From contig CAWAHW010000006.1 of NCBI GenBank assembly GCA_963781885.1, forward strand, positions 160,001 through 224,000: a stretch of 64,000 bases of DNA, read 5' to 3'. The notes beneath the pieces are model-generated. The model saw only the letters and a list, made by a program, of their open reading frames with translations, was not told the DNA's origin and ran no database searches. The stretch comes from an uncultured Spirochaetota bacterium. GTDB taxonomy: Bacteria; Spirochaetota; Spirochaetia; SZUA-6; Fen-1364. The translations under genes were made by a program, and so were the position numbers. Positions 29,880-38,694 of this stretch are shown here, one piece after another; the first letter of the stretch is position 1, and every line of letters begins with the position of its first letter.

Positions 29880-29902
29880 AAAAAGGCCCCCAGGTGGGGG
29901 CC
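29880..29902 (-). terminator. Intrinsic terminator after the lipoprotein gene
   Basis: GGCCCCCA-nn-TGGGGGCC stem followed by a T tract on the minus strand. Confidence 0.65.
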
Positions 29903-29923
29903 CACATTTTGACAATAATGACG

Positions 29924-30331
29924 TTATTGCTTGGTCAACTGTTCCTGAACGCCGCTGCTCGCAACGACGTAGGCGGTCTTATTGTTGCTGGTTAGAGTGA
30001 TGGTCGTGATTCCAGAATAGCCCGCGGTGTTGCAAATCAGCGTATAAACGCCCGAGTCATTCTGCCAGCTTCCGGCGACGGCAGTCGTTGTGGCACTCTG
30101 CGTGAAACTGCCGGACCACGAGCCGTCACCCGCGACCGTGGTCGTGCCGGAAACGCCGAAGTACGACGCGTCGTGCCAGCTCCCGTCACTGCCGGACGTC
30201 ATGAGCATCTTCGATACAGTCCACGTCCCGACGATGGGATCCAGCGAAGGGATGAGGCCCTCAAAGACGTTGCATCCGGCGAACAGCAGGACCAGAAGGA
30301 TGATGATTGCAAAAGGCAGTGCTCTCTTCAT
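29924..30331 (-). CDS. Lipoprotein, lipocalin-like beta-barrel
   Basis: RBS AAGGAG; MKRALPFAIIILLVLLFAGC lipobox; DPIVGTW and GSW motifs. Confidence 0.75.
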   Translation of the reverse strand: MKRALPFAIIILLVLLFAGCNVFEGLIPSLDPIVGTWTVSKMLMTSGSDGSWHDASYFGVSGTTTVAGDGSWSGSFTQSATTTAVAGSWQNDSGVYTLICNTAGYSGITTITLTSNNKTAYVVASSGVQEQLTKQ

Positions 30332-30546
30332 GCGCGACTCCTTTCGATGCATGGGCCGGACCGACATCCCGGCCTTTGACACGAATCCTATCCCGCCGGC
30401 GGCCGGAATTACTCACGGCGGATTATCGGAGACTCCGGAAAAATTACTGTTGTCGATCGATTGCCGCGAGCTGGACCGTCGGCTTCGCCACGGCCTTGCG
30501 CGCTCCCTGCAATCATGCAATCGTAACGCCATTCAGGAGGTGCACC

Positions 30547-31020
30547 ATGTCCCGGCTCATCACGGTGATTGCATTGATACTCATAGGTTTCCTTGCCGCG
30601 GGAGCGGTGTTTGCCCAGGACCTGCAGCCGAAGGCCGAGTGGCCCGCTTATCTCCTCAGCGTCTTCATCGGCTTTGGAACGGGGCACTACTACCTTGGAG
30701 CGAACGGGACGCCCTTCCTGATAGGAGACGTCCTCGGCCTGGGGGTGGAGGTCGGGGGCCTTCTCTACGAGCTGGGCGCCGCCGTCGCGCTTGACACGAC
30801 CCAGACGCTCGACGGGCTTACGCTGGTCATCGTGGGGGCAGGCATCTTCCTGGTTTCCCGTATCTGGGAGGTGGTCGATGTATTCAGCGCCGCCGATGAG
30901 GCAAGAAAGGCCGGGCGGGTTGCGGCGGTCGTTCCCGTCTTCAGCGTGCGCCGCACGTCCTTTGAATCGGGCGTTGCGCCGGCTCTTTCATACGAGGTGG
31001 GAGTTTCTCTGACGTACTGA
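30547..31020 (+). CDS. P13-like (Borrelia P13 family) membrane/porin protein
   Basis: RBS AGGAGG; signal peptide ending VFA; PAYLLSVFIGFGTGHYYLG and SRIWEVV segments and C-terminal Tyr resemble the P13 family. Confidence 0.6.
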   Translation: MSRLITVIALILIGFLAAGAVFAQDLQPKAEWPAYLLSVFIGFGTGHYYLGANGTPFLIGDVLGLGVEVGGLLYELGAAVALDTTQTLDGLTLVIVGAGIFLVSRIWEVVDVFSAADEARKAGRVAAVVPVFSVRRTSFESGVAPALSYEVGVSLTY

Positions 31021-31064
31021 CGCCGCGGCCGCGCCGGGAGGAGGCAATCCCGGGACGCCCCGCC

Positions 31065-31093
31065 TTGACACCATGATGAGGCCGCTTTATACC
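31065..31093 (+). promoter_or_regulatory. Sigma70-like promoter for the MFS gene
   Basis: TTGACA (31065-31070), 17-nt spacer, TATACC. Confidence 0.45.
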
Positions 31094-31183
31094 AGCAGCA
31101 CAATGTCCGCTTGATGCCGCTATCTCCGACACTCCTTCACCCCTCTTTCTTGCTGGCAGCAACGCCGCCAAAGGAGATATCGC

Positions 31184-32425
31184 GTGCGCAATCTTGTGCT
31201 CCAATACCGGGGATTGCCCCGCCCGGTCTACATCCTCTTCCTTTCCAACATCGTTGATTCAGCCGGGTGTTTCGTCTTCCCGCTTCTCACCCTTGTGCTC
31301 ACGAGCAAGCTGGGGCTTTCCAGCGCCACGGCAGGCTTCGTCGTGGGGGGGATCGCCGCCCTGACGGCCCCGGCGCTCCTCCTGGGAGGAAAACTGGCGG
31401 ACCGGATGGGCAGAAAGCCCACCATCGTCCTGTTCGTCGGCAGCTCGGTTGCGCTGTATGCCGTCTGCGGGCTCCTCCCGCCCTCCCCCGCGATGCTCGC
31501 GTTCCTGATCGTCGGCATTACGCTCCTGAATGCATCCGGGCCTGCGCGCGCCGCGCTTGTCGCGGACCTTACATCCCCCGCGCAGCGGCAGGTTGCGTAT
31601 GGGCTGCTCTACCTCGGGTTCAATATCGGATTCGCCGCGGGCCCCGCAATCGGCGGCTTCCTCCTGGAGCGGCACCTGGGCGTCATGTTTCTTCTGGATG
31701 CAGCGACAACCCTTGCCGCCCTGCTGGCCCTCGTTGTCTGGGTCCCGGAAGCCGGCGCGCGCAGGGCCTTGTCTGCCGGGCCGGCGAAACAAGAAGCCCC
31801 CGCGCAGGGCTCCATTCTCTCCGTGGTCCGGCAGAGTCCGGTCCTCCTCATCCTGTCCGTGCTGCTCCTGGGCTATTCCTTTGCCTATTCACAGTTGAGC
31901 TTTCTCCTGCCCATCCAATTCTCACGCCTGTTCGGAAGCTCGGGGGCGGCAAAGTACGGCCTGATCGCCGGCATGAACGGGCTCATCGTGATCGTTTTCA
32001 ATCCCGTCCTGACGCTCCTGCTCAGGAAGTGGCCCCTTGCCCGCACGATCTTCCTTGGCGGGCTCCTGTATGCCGTGGGTTTCGGCCTGTGCGGGCTCGC
32101 CACGTCCGTGCCCCTGTTTATCCCGTTGTGCTTCGTATTCACGCTCGGCGAAATCGCAAACGCCATTGGCACGATGCCGCTCATCATGGCCAGGACACCG
32201 GCCTCCCATCGGGGACGTATGAGCGGCTTCGTGCAGCTCATGCAGGGATCGGGGAGCACCATCGGTCCTCTGGCGGCCGGCAGCGCGCTCGCCGTGCTTC
32301 CGATCGGGATTGCCTGGGCGGCGGTGGGCGGCATTGCCCTGGCATTCAGCCTGCTTGCTCTTGTTGCGGGGAAAGCGGAAAGAAAAGGAGCGATGAGCGA
32401 CGACAGAATCCCCGCGGCGCGATAG
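31184..32425 (+). CDS. MFS transporter (drug:H+ antiporter-like)
   Basis: ~12 TM; motif A GGKLADRMGRK; GFAAGPAIGG antiporter motif; RBS AAGGAG plus GTG. Confidence 0.92.
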   Translation: MRNLVLQYRGLPRPVYILFLSNIVDSAGCFVFPLLTLVLTSKLGLSSATAGFVVGGIAALTAPALLLGGKLADRMGRKPTIVLFVGSSVALYAVCGLLPPSPAMLAFLIVGITLLNASGPARAALVADLTSPAQRQVAYGLLYLGFNIGFAAGPAIGGFLLERHLGVMFLLDAATTLAALLALVVWVPEAGARRALSAGPAKQEAPAQGSILSVVRQSPVLLILSVLLLGYSFAYSQLSFLLPIQFSRLFGSSGAAKYGLIAGMNGLIVIVFNPVLTLLLRKWPLARTIFLGGLLYAVGFGLCGLATSVPLFIPLCFVFTLGEIANAIGTMPLIMARTPASHRGRMSGFVQLMQGSGSTIGPLAAGSALAVLPIGIAWAAVGGIALAFSLLALVAGKAERKGAMSDDRIPAAR

Positions 32426-32436
32426 ATCCGCGGCGG

Positions 32437-33291
32437 CTACTGGGCCGCCATTCGCCGGTAGGCAGCGGGCGTCATGCCGGTCCGGGACCGGAATGCCTCC
32501 TCGAAACCGCTCAAGGAAGTGAAGCCGGCCGAAAAGCAGGTGTGGGTGACGTCCTTCCCTGACCGCAGCATGCGCATGGCGGCCTGCACGCGCAGGCGTC
32601 GCAGGTGCTCGTGCGGCGTGCATCCCACCTCATTCTTAAACACCGCGATGAAACGCGACACGCTCAGGCACGCCTCCTGCGCGAGATCGCACAGGGAAAG
32701 GGGGTCCTCGAGGCGCTCCTCCATCGTGGCGATGGCGCGGCGGATGCCCGCATGATGCGTGTGGTCTTCTTTCTCCTGTTGCTTCCGCGAGAGGAGGCTC
32801 CTCAGGTAGTCCACGATGACCAGCGTGGACAGGCTCTCCATAATGTAGTCGGCGTCCGGGGTGCCCCGCAGTCCTTCCGCGAGCAACCGGCCGACGTCCC
32901 CGTGCAACCCGCAATCGTCCGCGTACAAACGCGGTTCGGGGGGGGGCGCGCAGGGCAGGTCGAAGACCTGCTGGGCGACCTCCTGGAGCTTGCTTTCCTT
33001 CAGCGCGCACAGCATGTAGGGCTTGACGGACCCGGGAACGCCGCCGGAAACGTCCTGACCCGGCGCCAAGGGAAGCATCTTCTGCGACATGTCAGAGGAG
33101 AAATCCAGGCGCCTGCCCATGGTGACGCAGGGGGTTCTCACGAATGAAGGCGGTAACATGATGAGAAGCCAGGGCAGGCTGACGGAGTCCGCCGAACACG
33201 CGTCCGTCCATGCCACGGCCACGGAGCTCGTCTCAACAATGGGAACCTTGCCAAGAACTGACTCCAGAACGCCCCGGTCAAAACTCGACAT
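32437..33291 (-). CDS. AraC-family transcriptional regulator
   Basis: LSLCDLAQEACLSVSRFIAVFK and AGFTSLSGFEEAFRSRTGMTPAAYR double HTH; start uncertain (33291 or 33348). Confidence 0.9.
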   Translation of the reverse strand: MSSFDRGVLESVLGKVPIVETSSVAVAWTDACSADSVSLPWLLIMLPPSFVRTPCVTMGRRLDFSSDMSQKMLPLAPGQDVSGGVPGSVKPYMLCALKESKLQEVAQQVFDLPCAPPPEPRLYADDCGLHGDVGRLLAEGLRGTPDADYIMESLSTLVIVDYLRSLLSRKQQEKEDHTHHAGIRRAIATMEERLEDPLSLCDLAQEACLSVSRFIAVFKNEVGCTPHEHLRRLRVQAAMRMLRSGKDVTHTCFSAGFTSLSGFEEAFRSRTGMTPAAYRRMAAQ

Positions 33292-33454
33292 TCGGTCTTT
33301 CCCTTTGAGATTTTTTCCAAGGATTCCATTGGAGGCGGTGCTTGTCAAGATGGCGGGTCCGTGGCGGCGTTTCGACTCTCAGAAGACCTCGCGCCCTGTT
33401 TGGCTTGACAGGGACCGGGTATTGCACGATTTTGGTCGAAAGGGGGAGGGCCGT

Positions 33455-34264
33455 TTGCGGCTGAAAAGGCTTTCTGATGGTTCGCAGACGCAAGGCCGTC
33501 ACGGGTTGCCCACGCGGCTGTCCCTTTCCGCCCTGCTTGTCCTGACCCTTCTCACCGGATGCGTGACGGGGAACATGTTCTCCGCCTCATCGTCAGTCCC
33601 GCCCGCGGTGCGCCAGGAATGGATCTACCGGTTTCTCTCTCCGACTGACGAGCAAAAGGTCCGCCGGGCGCTTGACGATGCCCTCCTGCCTGCCGATGCA
33701 AAGGACCGGCTGCGCGCCGTGCTGGGCCGGATCGACCAGGGCTGGATCCCTGACGGCATGAGCCAGTCCCAGATCATGGACAATGCCTTCTGTGCGTGGA
33801 CCGCCGCCCGCACGCGGTCCCTCCTGCTCGGGCTGAGCGGCGATTCGGTCATTGCCGATGGACTTGTGGGGGACGCGTGGACGTTCCAGCTTTCCATACC
33901 GGAGCACGGGGGCAGCGTGGTGTGGAAAAGGGGCGACGGAAACCTCGATGCCTCCCTGCTGGCACCCGGGGACCTGATCGGGGTCTACTACACAAACAGC
34001 CTCTACAACGCGCGCATTGAGACTCCCGAGGCCAGCGCGCGCTGGCCTCTGACCTTCACGCACATCATCTACGTCGCCTTTACCTTCGACGACGATGCCC
34101 TGGTGATCCACGATTTTCGCGCTCCGTGGGCGACGGGCCCGCGGCCCTGGCCCGTGAGGATCGAGCTGCTTTCAAAGGTGCGGGAAAGATTCGCCGGCCA
34201 GTTCGAACCGATGATCGTCATGAGACCAAGATCGTCCCTTGCGCCCGCGGCCCTCGAAGACTGA
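33455..34264 (+). CDS. Lipoprotein with papain-like (CHAP/NlpC-P60-type) Cys-His domain
   Basis: GGAGG plus TTG start; lipobox LLTGC; FCAW...GDAW...PGDLI...THI motif order. Confidence 0.55.
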   Translation: MRLKRLSDGSQTQGRHGLPTRLSLSALLVLTLLTGCVTGNMFSASSSVPPAVRQEWIYRFLSPTDEQKVRRALDDALLPADAKDRLRAVLGRIDQGWIPDGMSQSQIMDNAFCAWTAARTRSLLLGLSGDSVIADGLVGDAWTFQLSIPEHGGSVVWKRGDGNLDASLLAPGDLIGVYYTNSLYNARIETPEASARWPLTFTHIIYVAFTFDDDALVIHDFRAPWATGPRPWPVRIELLSKVRERFAGQFEPMIVMRPRSSLAPAALED

Positions 34265-34345
34265 CACCTCTTTCTTTTCGTCGAACAGCGGCTTGCCAAA
34301 TACGCCGGACTGTGAGACTTTTCCTTCCGGGAAAAGGAGAGAGCA

Positions 34346-36550
34346 ATGGAAAATTCGCGATTCCTTGTTGTCGGCGCGGCGCTGCTCTTTCTGGCGGCGG
34401 GCGCCTATGCCCAGGTAAAAGCCTTCGGCGTCGTTCAATCCTACGGAAGCGGCTCCATCGTCGTCGGCATGGCGACGTCGACCGGCCACTGGGCGGTCGA
34501 CTCTGCCACCAAGATCGCCGGATCCATCGTCGTCGCGGACTGGGTCTATGTCGAGGTCTCTCCGTCGGGTCACGTCGACCTCCTGAGATTCGAGGAGAGG
34601 CCGACTGTCGGCATGGGCGTGGTCCGACAGGCGGTCGGCGACGTGCTCGTGGTCCAGACGACCATCGCCACGGAAACCTGGAATGTCACGCCCGCCACCA
34701 TGGTGGTGGGGGTGCACCGCGGGGAGTTCCAGCCCGGTCAGACGATCGTGGGAAGGGTCTACAAGAACCACACCCTGGCCCAGGCGGTGTTGATGACAGG
34801 CGTCAACATGCCGGGCCCCGGGGGGTCCATGACGTATGACGGGGTCGTTCAATCCTACGGCAACGGCTCCATTGTCGTCGCGACAACCATGTCCACGGGC
34901 CGCTGGACCGTTGACTCAACGACGCAGATCGTCGGATCCATCGCCGTGGCGGACCGGGTCTCCGCGGACGTCTCCAAGTCGGGCCACGTCGACGTCCTCA
35001 GGTTCATGGAGAAGCCTGTCGCCCGTGAAGGCGTGGTCACGCAGATCAACGGCACCGTCATTGTTGTTCAGACTGCAAAAAACCCCGAGGCATGGGTCGT
35101 GACACCGGCCACCATCCACGTGAGAGTCCAGCGCGGAGAGATCCAGCCGGGCGAAACCCTCATGGGAAGGGTATTCGCGAACCACACGCTTGCGGAGGTC
35201 ACCCTGAAAGGGCCCGCCGTCGCCGCCCCGCAGGCCACGGTCGTTGTGGTGAATGCCACCGCGTACCCGATCGTGCTTGTCTCCGCCTCAAACCAGCCGG
35301 GCGTCAACCTTCTGAAAGAAATCCCGCTCCTGCCGGGAAGAGGCGCGGAAATCAAGGTCAACGCCGGAAGCGCCGCGCTGTTTGCGTCCGTCCAGGTGCC
35401 CGGCTCCGTTGAGAACGTGCCCATGCAAGGAACCTTCATCAGCGGGCGCCTCTACAACTGGACGGTGAAGCAAATGGCGCCGGTGGCGCCCACGGGGGGC
35501 GGCGGATACGGCTACACGCAGGGCTACGGTTACACGCAGCAGGGCTACGGCTATATAAAGCCCGCGGCAAACGAAAATCCGCCGGCAAACCAGCCGCAGA
35601 AGCCGAAGGGCGACGTCGCGACCATTGCCATGGCCGGTACGACACTCCATAATCCCGAAGGGATTGCCGTGGACACTGCCGGTAACCTGTACATCGCCGA
35701 CACCGCCAACAGCATGATCCGCAAGATTGCGGCGAACGGCGCCGTGACGAACCTGGCAGGATCGGGCGCGAAGGGCCTCACCAACGGCAATGGAAGCGCC
35801 GCGTCCTTCAACTTCCCCACCGGCATCGCGGTGGACAGGTCGGGGAACGTCTATGTGGCCGATTCGAGCAACCACGTCATCCGCAAGATAACGCCAAGCG
35901 GCGCCGTGAGCACCCTGGCGGGCTCCGGACAGGTGGGGCGCCTCAACGGCCCGGGAAACATCGCGTCATTCTCCGCTGAGATCGGCGGAGTGGCGGTGGA
36001 TTCCTCCGGGACCGTCTACGTTGCCGACAGCGGCAACAACATCATCCGCAAGATCTCACCGATGGGCGTGGTGACGACGCTGGCAGGGACCGGACTGCCG
36101 ATGCGCATCGACGGCCCCGCGCCTATTGCGTCGTTCTCCCATCCGTGGGGGATCGCCGTGGATTCATCGGGCAACGTCTACGTGGGGGATACCAACAACT
36201 TCCTGATCCGCAAGGTGAGCCCGTCCGGCGTCGTGGCCACCCTTGCAGGGTCGGGCCAGGCGGGGCGCGCTGACGGCCAGGGCGCCGACGCCTCCTTTGG
36301 ACAGCCCTTCGGGGTCGCGGTGGATCGCTCCGGCAACGTCTACGTCGGGGACTACAGGAACCACCAGATCCGCAAGATCGCCCCGGACGGAACGGTGACG
36401 ACCCTCGCCGGGTCGGGTCAAACGGGGAGCGCGGACGGGCCCGCCAACACCGCCTCATTCGTCTATCCAACGGGCGTCGCGGTGGATTCGTTCGGGAATG
36501 TCTACGTCGCAGATACAGGCATCAGCAGAATCCGCAAAGTACAGCCCTAA
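34346..36550 (+). CDS. Secreted protein with duplicated beta-rich N-terminal domains and C-terminal NHL beta-propeller
   Basis: Signal peptide (AYA); two ~150-aa repeats starting GVVQSYG; six PxG(I/V)AVD..GN.Y(V/I)AD NHL-type repeats. Confidence 0.88.
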   Translation: MENSRFLVVGAALLFLAAGAYAQVKAFGVVQSYGSGSIVVGMATSTGHWAVDSATKIAGSIVVADWVYVEVSPSGHVDLLRFEERPTVGMGVVRQAVGDVLVVQTTIATETWNVTPATMVVGVHRGEFQPGQTIVGRVYKNHTLAQAVLMTGVNMPGPGGSMTYDGVVQSYGNGSIVVATTMSTGRWTVDSTTQIVGSIAVADRVSADVSKSGHVDVLRFMEKPVAREGVVTQINGTVIVVQTAKNPEAWVVTPATIHVRVQRGEIQPGETLMGRVFANHTLAEVTLKGPAVAAPQATVVVVNATAYPIVLVSASNQPGVNLLKEIPLLPGRGAEIKVNAGSAALFASVQVPGSVENVPMQGTFISGRLYNWTVKQMAPVAPTGGGGYGYTQGYGYTQQGYGYIKPAANENPPANQPQKPKGDVATIAMAGTTLHNPEGIAVDTAGNLYIADTANSMIRKIAANGAVTNLAGSGAKGLTNGNGSAASFNFPTGIAVDRSGNVYVADSSNHVIRKITPSGAVSTLAGSGQVGRLNGPGNIASFSAEIGGVAVDSSGTVYVADSGNNIIRKISPMGVVTTLAGTGLPMRIDGPAPIASFSHPWGIAVDSSGNVYVGDTNNFLIRKVSPSGVVATLAGSGQAGRADGQGADASFGQPFGVAVDRSGNVYVGDYRNHQIRKIAPDGTVTTLAGSGQTGSADGPANTASFVYPTGVAVDSFGNVYVADTGISRIRKVQP
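35504..35554 (+). repeat. Short tandem repeat encoding GYGYTQ GYGYTQQ GYGY
   Basis: Imperfect 18-21 bp units in the linker of the NHL protein. Confidence 0.7.
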
Positions 36551-36569
36551 GGGGAGGCCGACGGGAGGC

Positions 36570-37298
36570 ATGACGCGCAGACGCAAAACCCTGCGCGTCG
36601 TCCTCCTGATCATCGGCATCGTTGTTGCGGCGCACCTGCTGTTCCTCCTGTGGTTCGGGGTGCGCCTCTTCCCCTTGCGCACGCACAACCCCGCGGTGAC
36701 GTCCATCATGCGCATCAGGGGAGACGTGACGCCGCTGGATCCGGCGGGCTTCCTGCCGCTGGCCGAAACGCCGCAGTTCGTCAAGGACCTGATCGTCCTG
36801 ACGGAAGACCCGCACTTTTACGCTCACCACGGAATCGACATCTCCTCCATCCGCCTTGCGCTGAAAGTGAATGCAGAGCAGGGCAGGATCGTGTACGGCG
36901 GATCCACCATCACCCAACAGCTTGCCCGCACGCTCTTTCTCTGGCCCGGCAAGAATCTCCTGCGCAAATACATGGAGATGTGGATTGCGCTGGAGTCCGA
37001 GGTCTTCCTGGGAAAAGGCCGGATACTGGAGCTGTACCTGAACTGCGCGGAGTGGGGTCCCGGGGTCTACGGCATGCAGCGCGCATCCCGCTTCTTCTAC
37101 CTTGAGGACGTCGCGGCGCTCACGCACGACCAGGCGATCCGCCTGGTCACGGTCCTGGCGTCTCCGCGCCGGAGCGGGCCCTGGTCCGTGGACACAGACC
37201 CGCTCCTGGACGTCCGCTACCGGTTCATCGTCAGGGCATCTCGGCGCCTGGAGGGGCGTCAGCCGCAATTCTCATCCACGCTCCAGGAGATACGATAG
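36570..37298 (+). CDS. mtgA: Monofunctional peptidoglycan transglycosylase (GT51)
   Basis: N-terminal TM; EDPHFYAHHGID, GGSTITQQLAR, RKYME, KGRILELYLN motifs; no transpeptidase domain. Confidence 0.88.
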   Translation: MTRRRKTLRVVLLIIGIVVAAHLLFLLWFGVRLFPLRTHNPAVTSIMRIRGDVTPLDPAGFLPLAETPQFVKDLIVLTEDPHFYAHHGIDISSIRLALKVNAEQGRIVYGGSTITQQLARTLFLWPGKNLLRKYMEMWIALESEVFLGKGRILELYLNCAEWGPGVYGMQRASRFFYLEDVAALTHDQAIRLVTVLASPRRSGPWSVDTDPLLDVRYRFIVRASRRLEGRQPQFSSTLQEIR

Positions 37299-37334
37299 AC
37301 TTGACCGTTCGGCGCCGCCCGGGCAATCTTGGCC

Positions 37335-37388
37335 ATGGTCAAGAACCCGCGCAATGTCGCCATCCTCATCTTCGACGAGGCGGAGGTG
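37335..37388 (+). pseudogene. 5' remnant of a DJ-1/PfpI-family gene
   Basis: MVKNPRNVAILIFDEAEV matches the family start (usually continuing LDFAGP), then sequence changes abruptly; preceded by TTGACC-17nt-CAATCT. Confidence 0.6.
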
Positions 37389-37395
37389 AAGTCCA

Positions 37396-37443
37396 GGGGG
37401 TGGGTTCCAGGGAGGGGAAGCGGGTGGGGAGACGTGGTGGGGG
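37396..37443 (+). other. G-tract cluster with G-quadruplex potential
   Basis: GGGGG-T-GGG-TTCCA-GGG-A-GGGG-AAGC-GGG-T-GGGG-AGACGTGGT-GGGGG: seven runs of 3 or more G. Confidence 0.6.
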
Positions 37444-37527
37444 ACGAGCGAAGCCTAAGCCTATAGTGTCTACGCGCAACGCAAGTATGCGTACGGTATT
37501 CGGGCGCGACCTTGTTCTGACTCTCGC

Positions 37528-38694
37528 CTATTGAATTCCGTTGGGGCTTCGAAGTGCTTGCCGGTATGTCAAAGCTCTTTGGATCTCCGCCTTTGAGAAC
37601 GATCCATAACGCTGCTCAAACATCCGATTGATCTCGTCCGTCTTTCCCGCATGTTTGAAGTCGTCATATACTCCGCGAAAGTAGTAAAAGAATAGCAAAT
37701 CAAGAAAGGCCGGCGAGTAGTCCGACCGTTCAGTCGACGAATCACGAAGAACGACCAGCGTGGAAGAAGAGTTTCTGATCAGTTCGCCGAACACGCGCAT
37801 GCTTTCGTCGATTTTTCCAAGCTTCAATAGGGACGCTACGAGCATTTCGTCACGATCGTCGTACGACGGATGACGATAGGAATACCACTGCACGAACTCA
37901 TCATAGTGGCCGGAGAAATATAGTACTGGGCAAATTCGCACGCTGTCTATCGTTTGTTTCGGATCAAACAGTCTTCTGTGAGAATCAAAAACAGCATATG
38001 CTTCCGCAAAGCGTAGCTGAAATTTCAGTGTCAAGAAGAGATCTTCTACCGCATTCTTCTTGACCAAGTTTTTTTGAAATCTTCTCACGGCTTCAACTGC
38101 AGGAATCTCTCGCTTCGTCAACCCGTCGATGAAAGCGCTGAGCGTATCATACGCCTTCCAATTCGACGGGACACTCTGCTCTACATGGTTTCTCTCAAAT
38201 ACCAAGGTGTCGAACCGGGTAAGTCTTGGGTCAAACTCGGCCAATTCGTAAGGAGTGAAAGTGCTCGCTCGAGCGATCAAGTCGTCATAGTACTTCATGC
38301 CGTCCATGAATTCTGAATCCGGAGAATCCACCAAATATCCGTGACTTGCGTATAGAAAAATTCTGGTATCGTCGCCCGTAGCATCGAAATATGTCTTGAA
38401 CCCTTTGAATATTTTCAGCAAGTCGCCGTCTCTCCAGCAAAGCAGCGCCCGATCGAAGAGCGCCGACTTCGTGCCCCGTGCAACAAGAGCATCAATTTGT
38501 TTATTGAGTCCCTCTGTCTCTTCGGGAGTGTACGAACTCTTCAGAAGACCTATCCGCTTTCGCACCGCATTCTGGGCGGGGCTGAAAACCTGCGCCCTCT
38601 GTTGCTGCCCACTACTGCACTCCGTGAACAGAAGCAGTTGGCTGAGAAAGGTGAGGACCAGAATTGCTATTTTCCGAAAGTCTTTTGAATCCAT
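37528..38694 (-). CDS. Putative immunity protein (exported/lipoprotein-like, helical)
   Basis: 388 aa; start overlaps the giant gene stop by 28 nt; N-terminal hydrophobic stretch ending FTEC; low GC like the giant gene's tip. Confidence 0.6.
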   Translation of the reverse strand: MDSKDFRKIAILVLTFLSQLLLFTECSSGQQQRAQVFSPAQNAVRKRIGLLKSSYTPEETEGLNKQIDALVARGTKSALFDRALLCWRDGDLLKIFKGFKTYFDATGDDTRIFLYASHGYLVDSPDSEFMDGMKYYDDLIARASTFTPYELAEFDPRLTRFDTLVFERNHVEQSVPSNWKAYDTLSAFIDGLTKREIPAVEAVRRFQKNLVKKNAVEDLFLTLKFQLRFAEAYAVFDSHRRLFDPKQTIDSVRICPVLYFSGHYDEFVQWYSYRHPSYDDRDEMLVASLLKLGKIDESMRVFGELIRNSSSTLVVLRDSSTERSDYSPAFLDLLFFYYFRGVYDDFKHAGKTDEINRMFEQRYGSFSKAEIQRALTYRQALRSPNGIQ

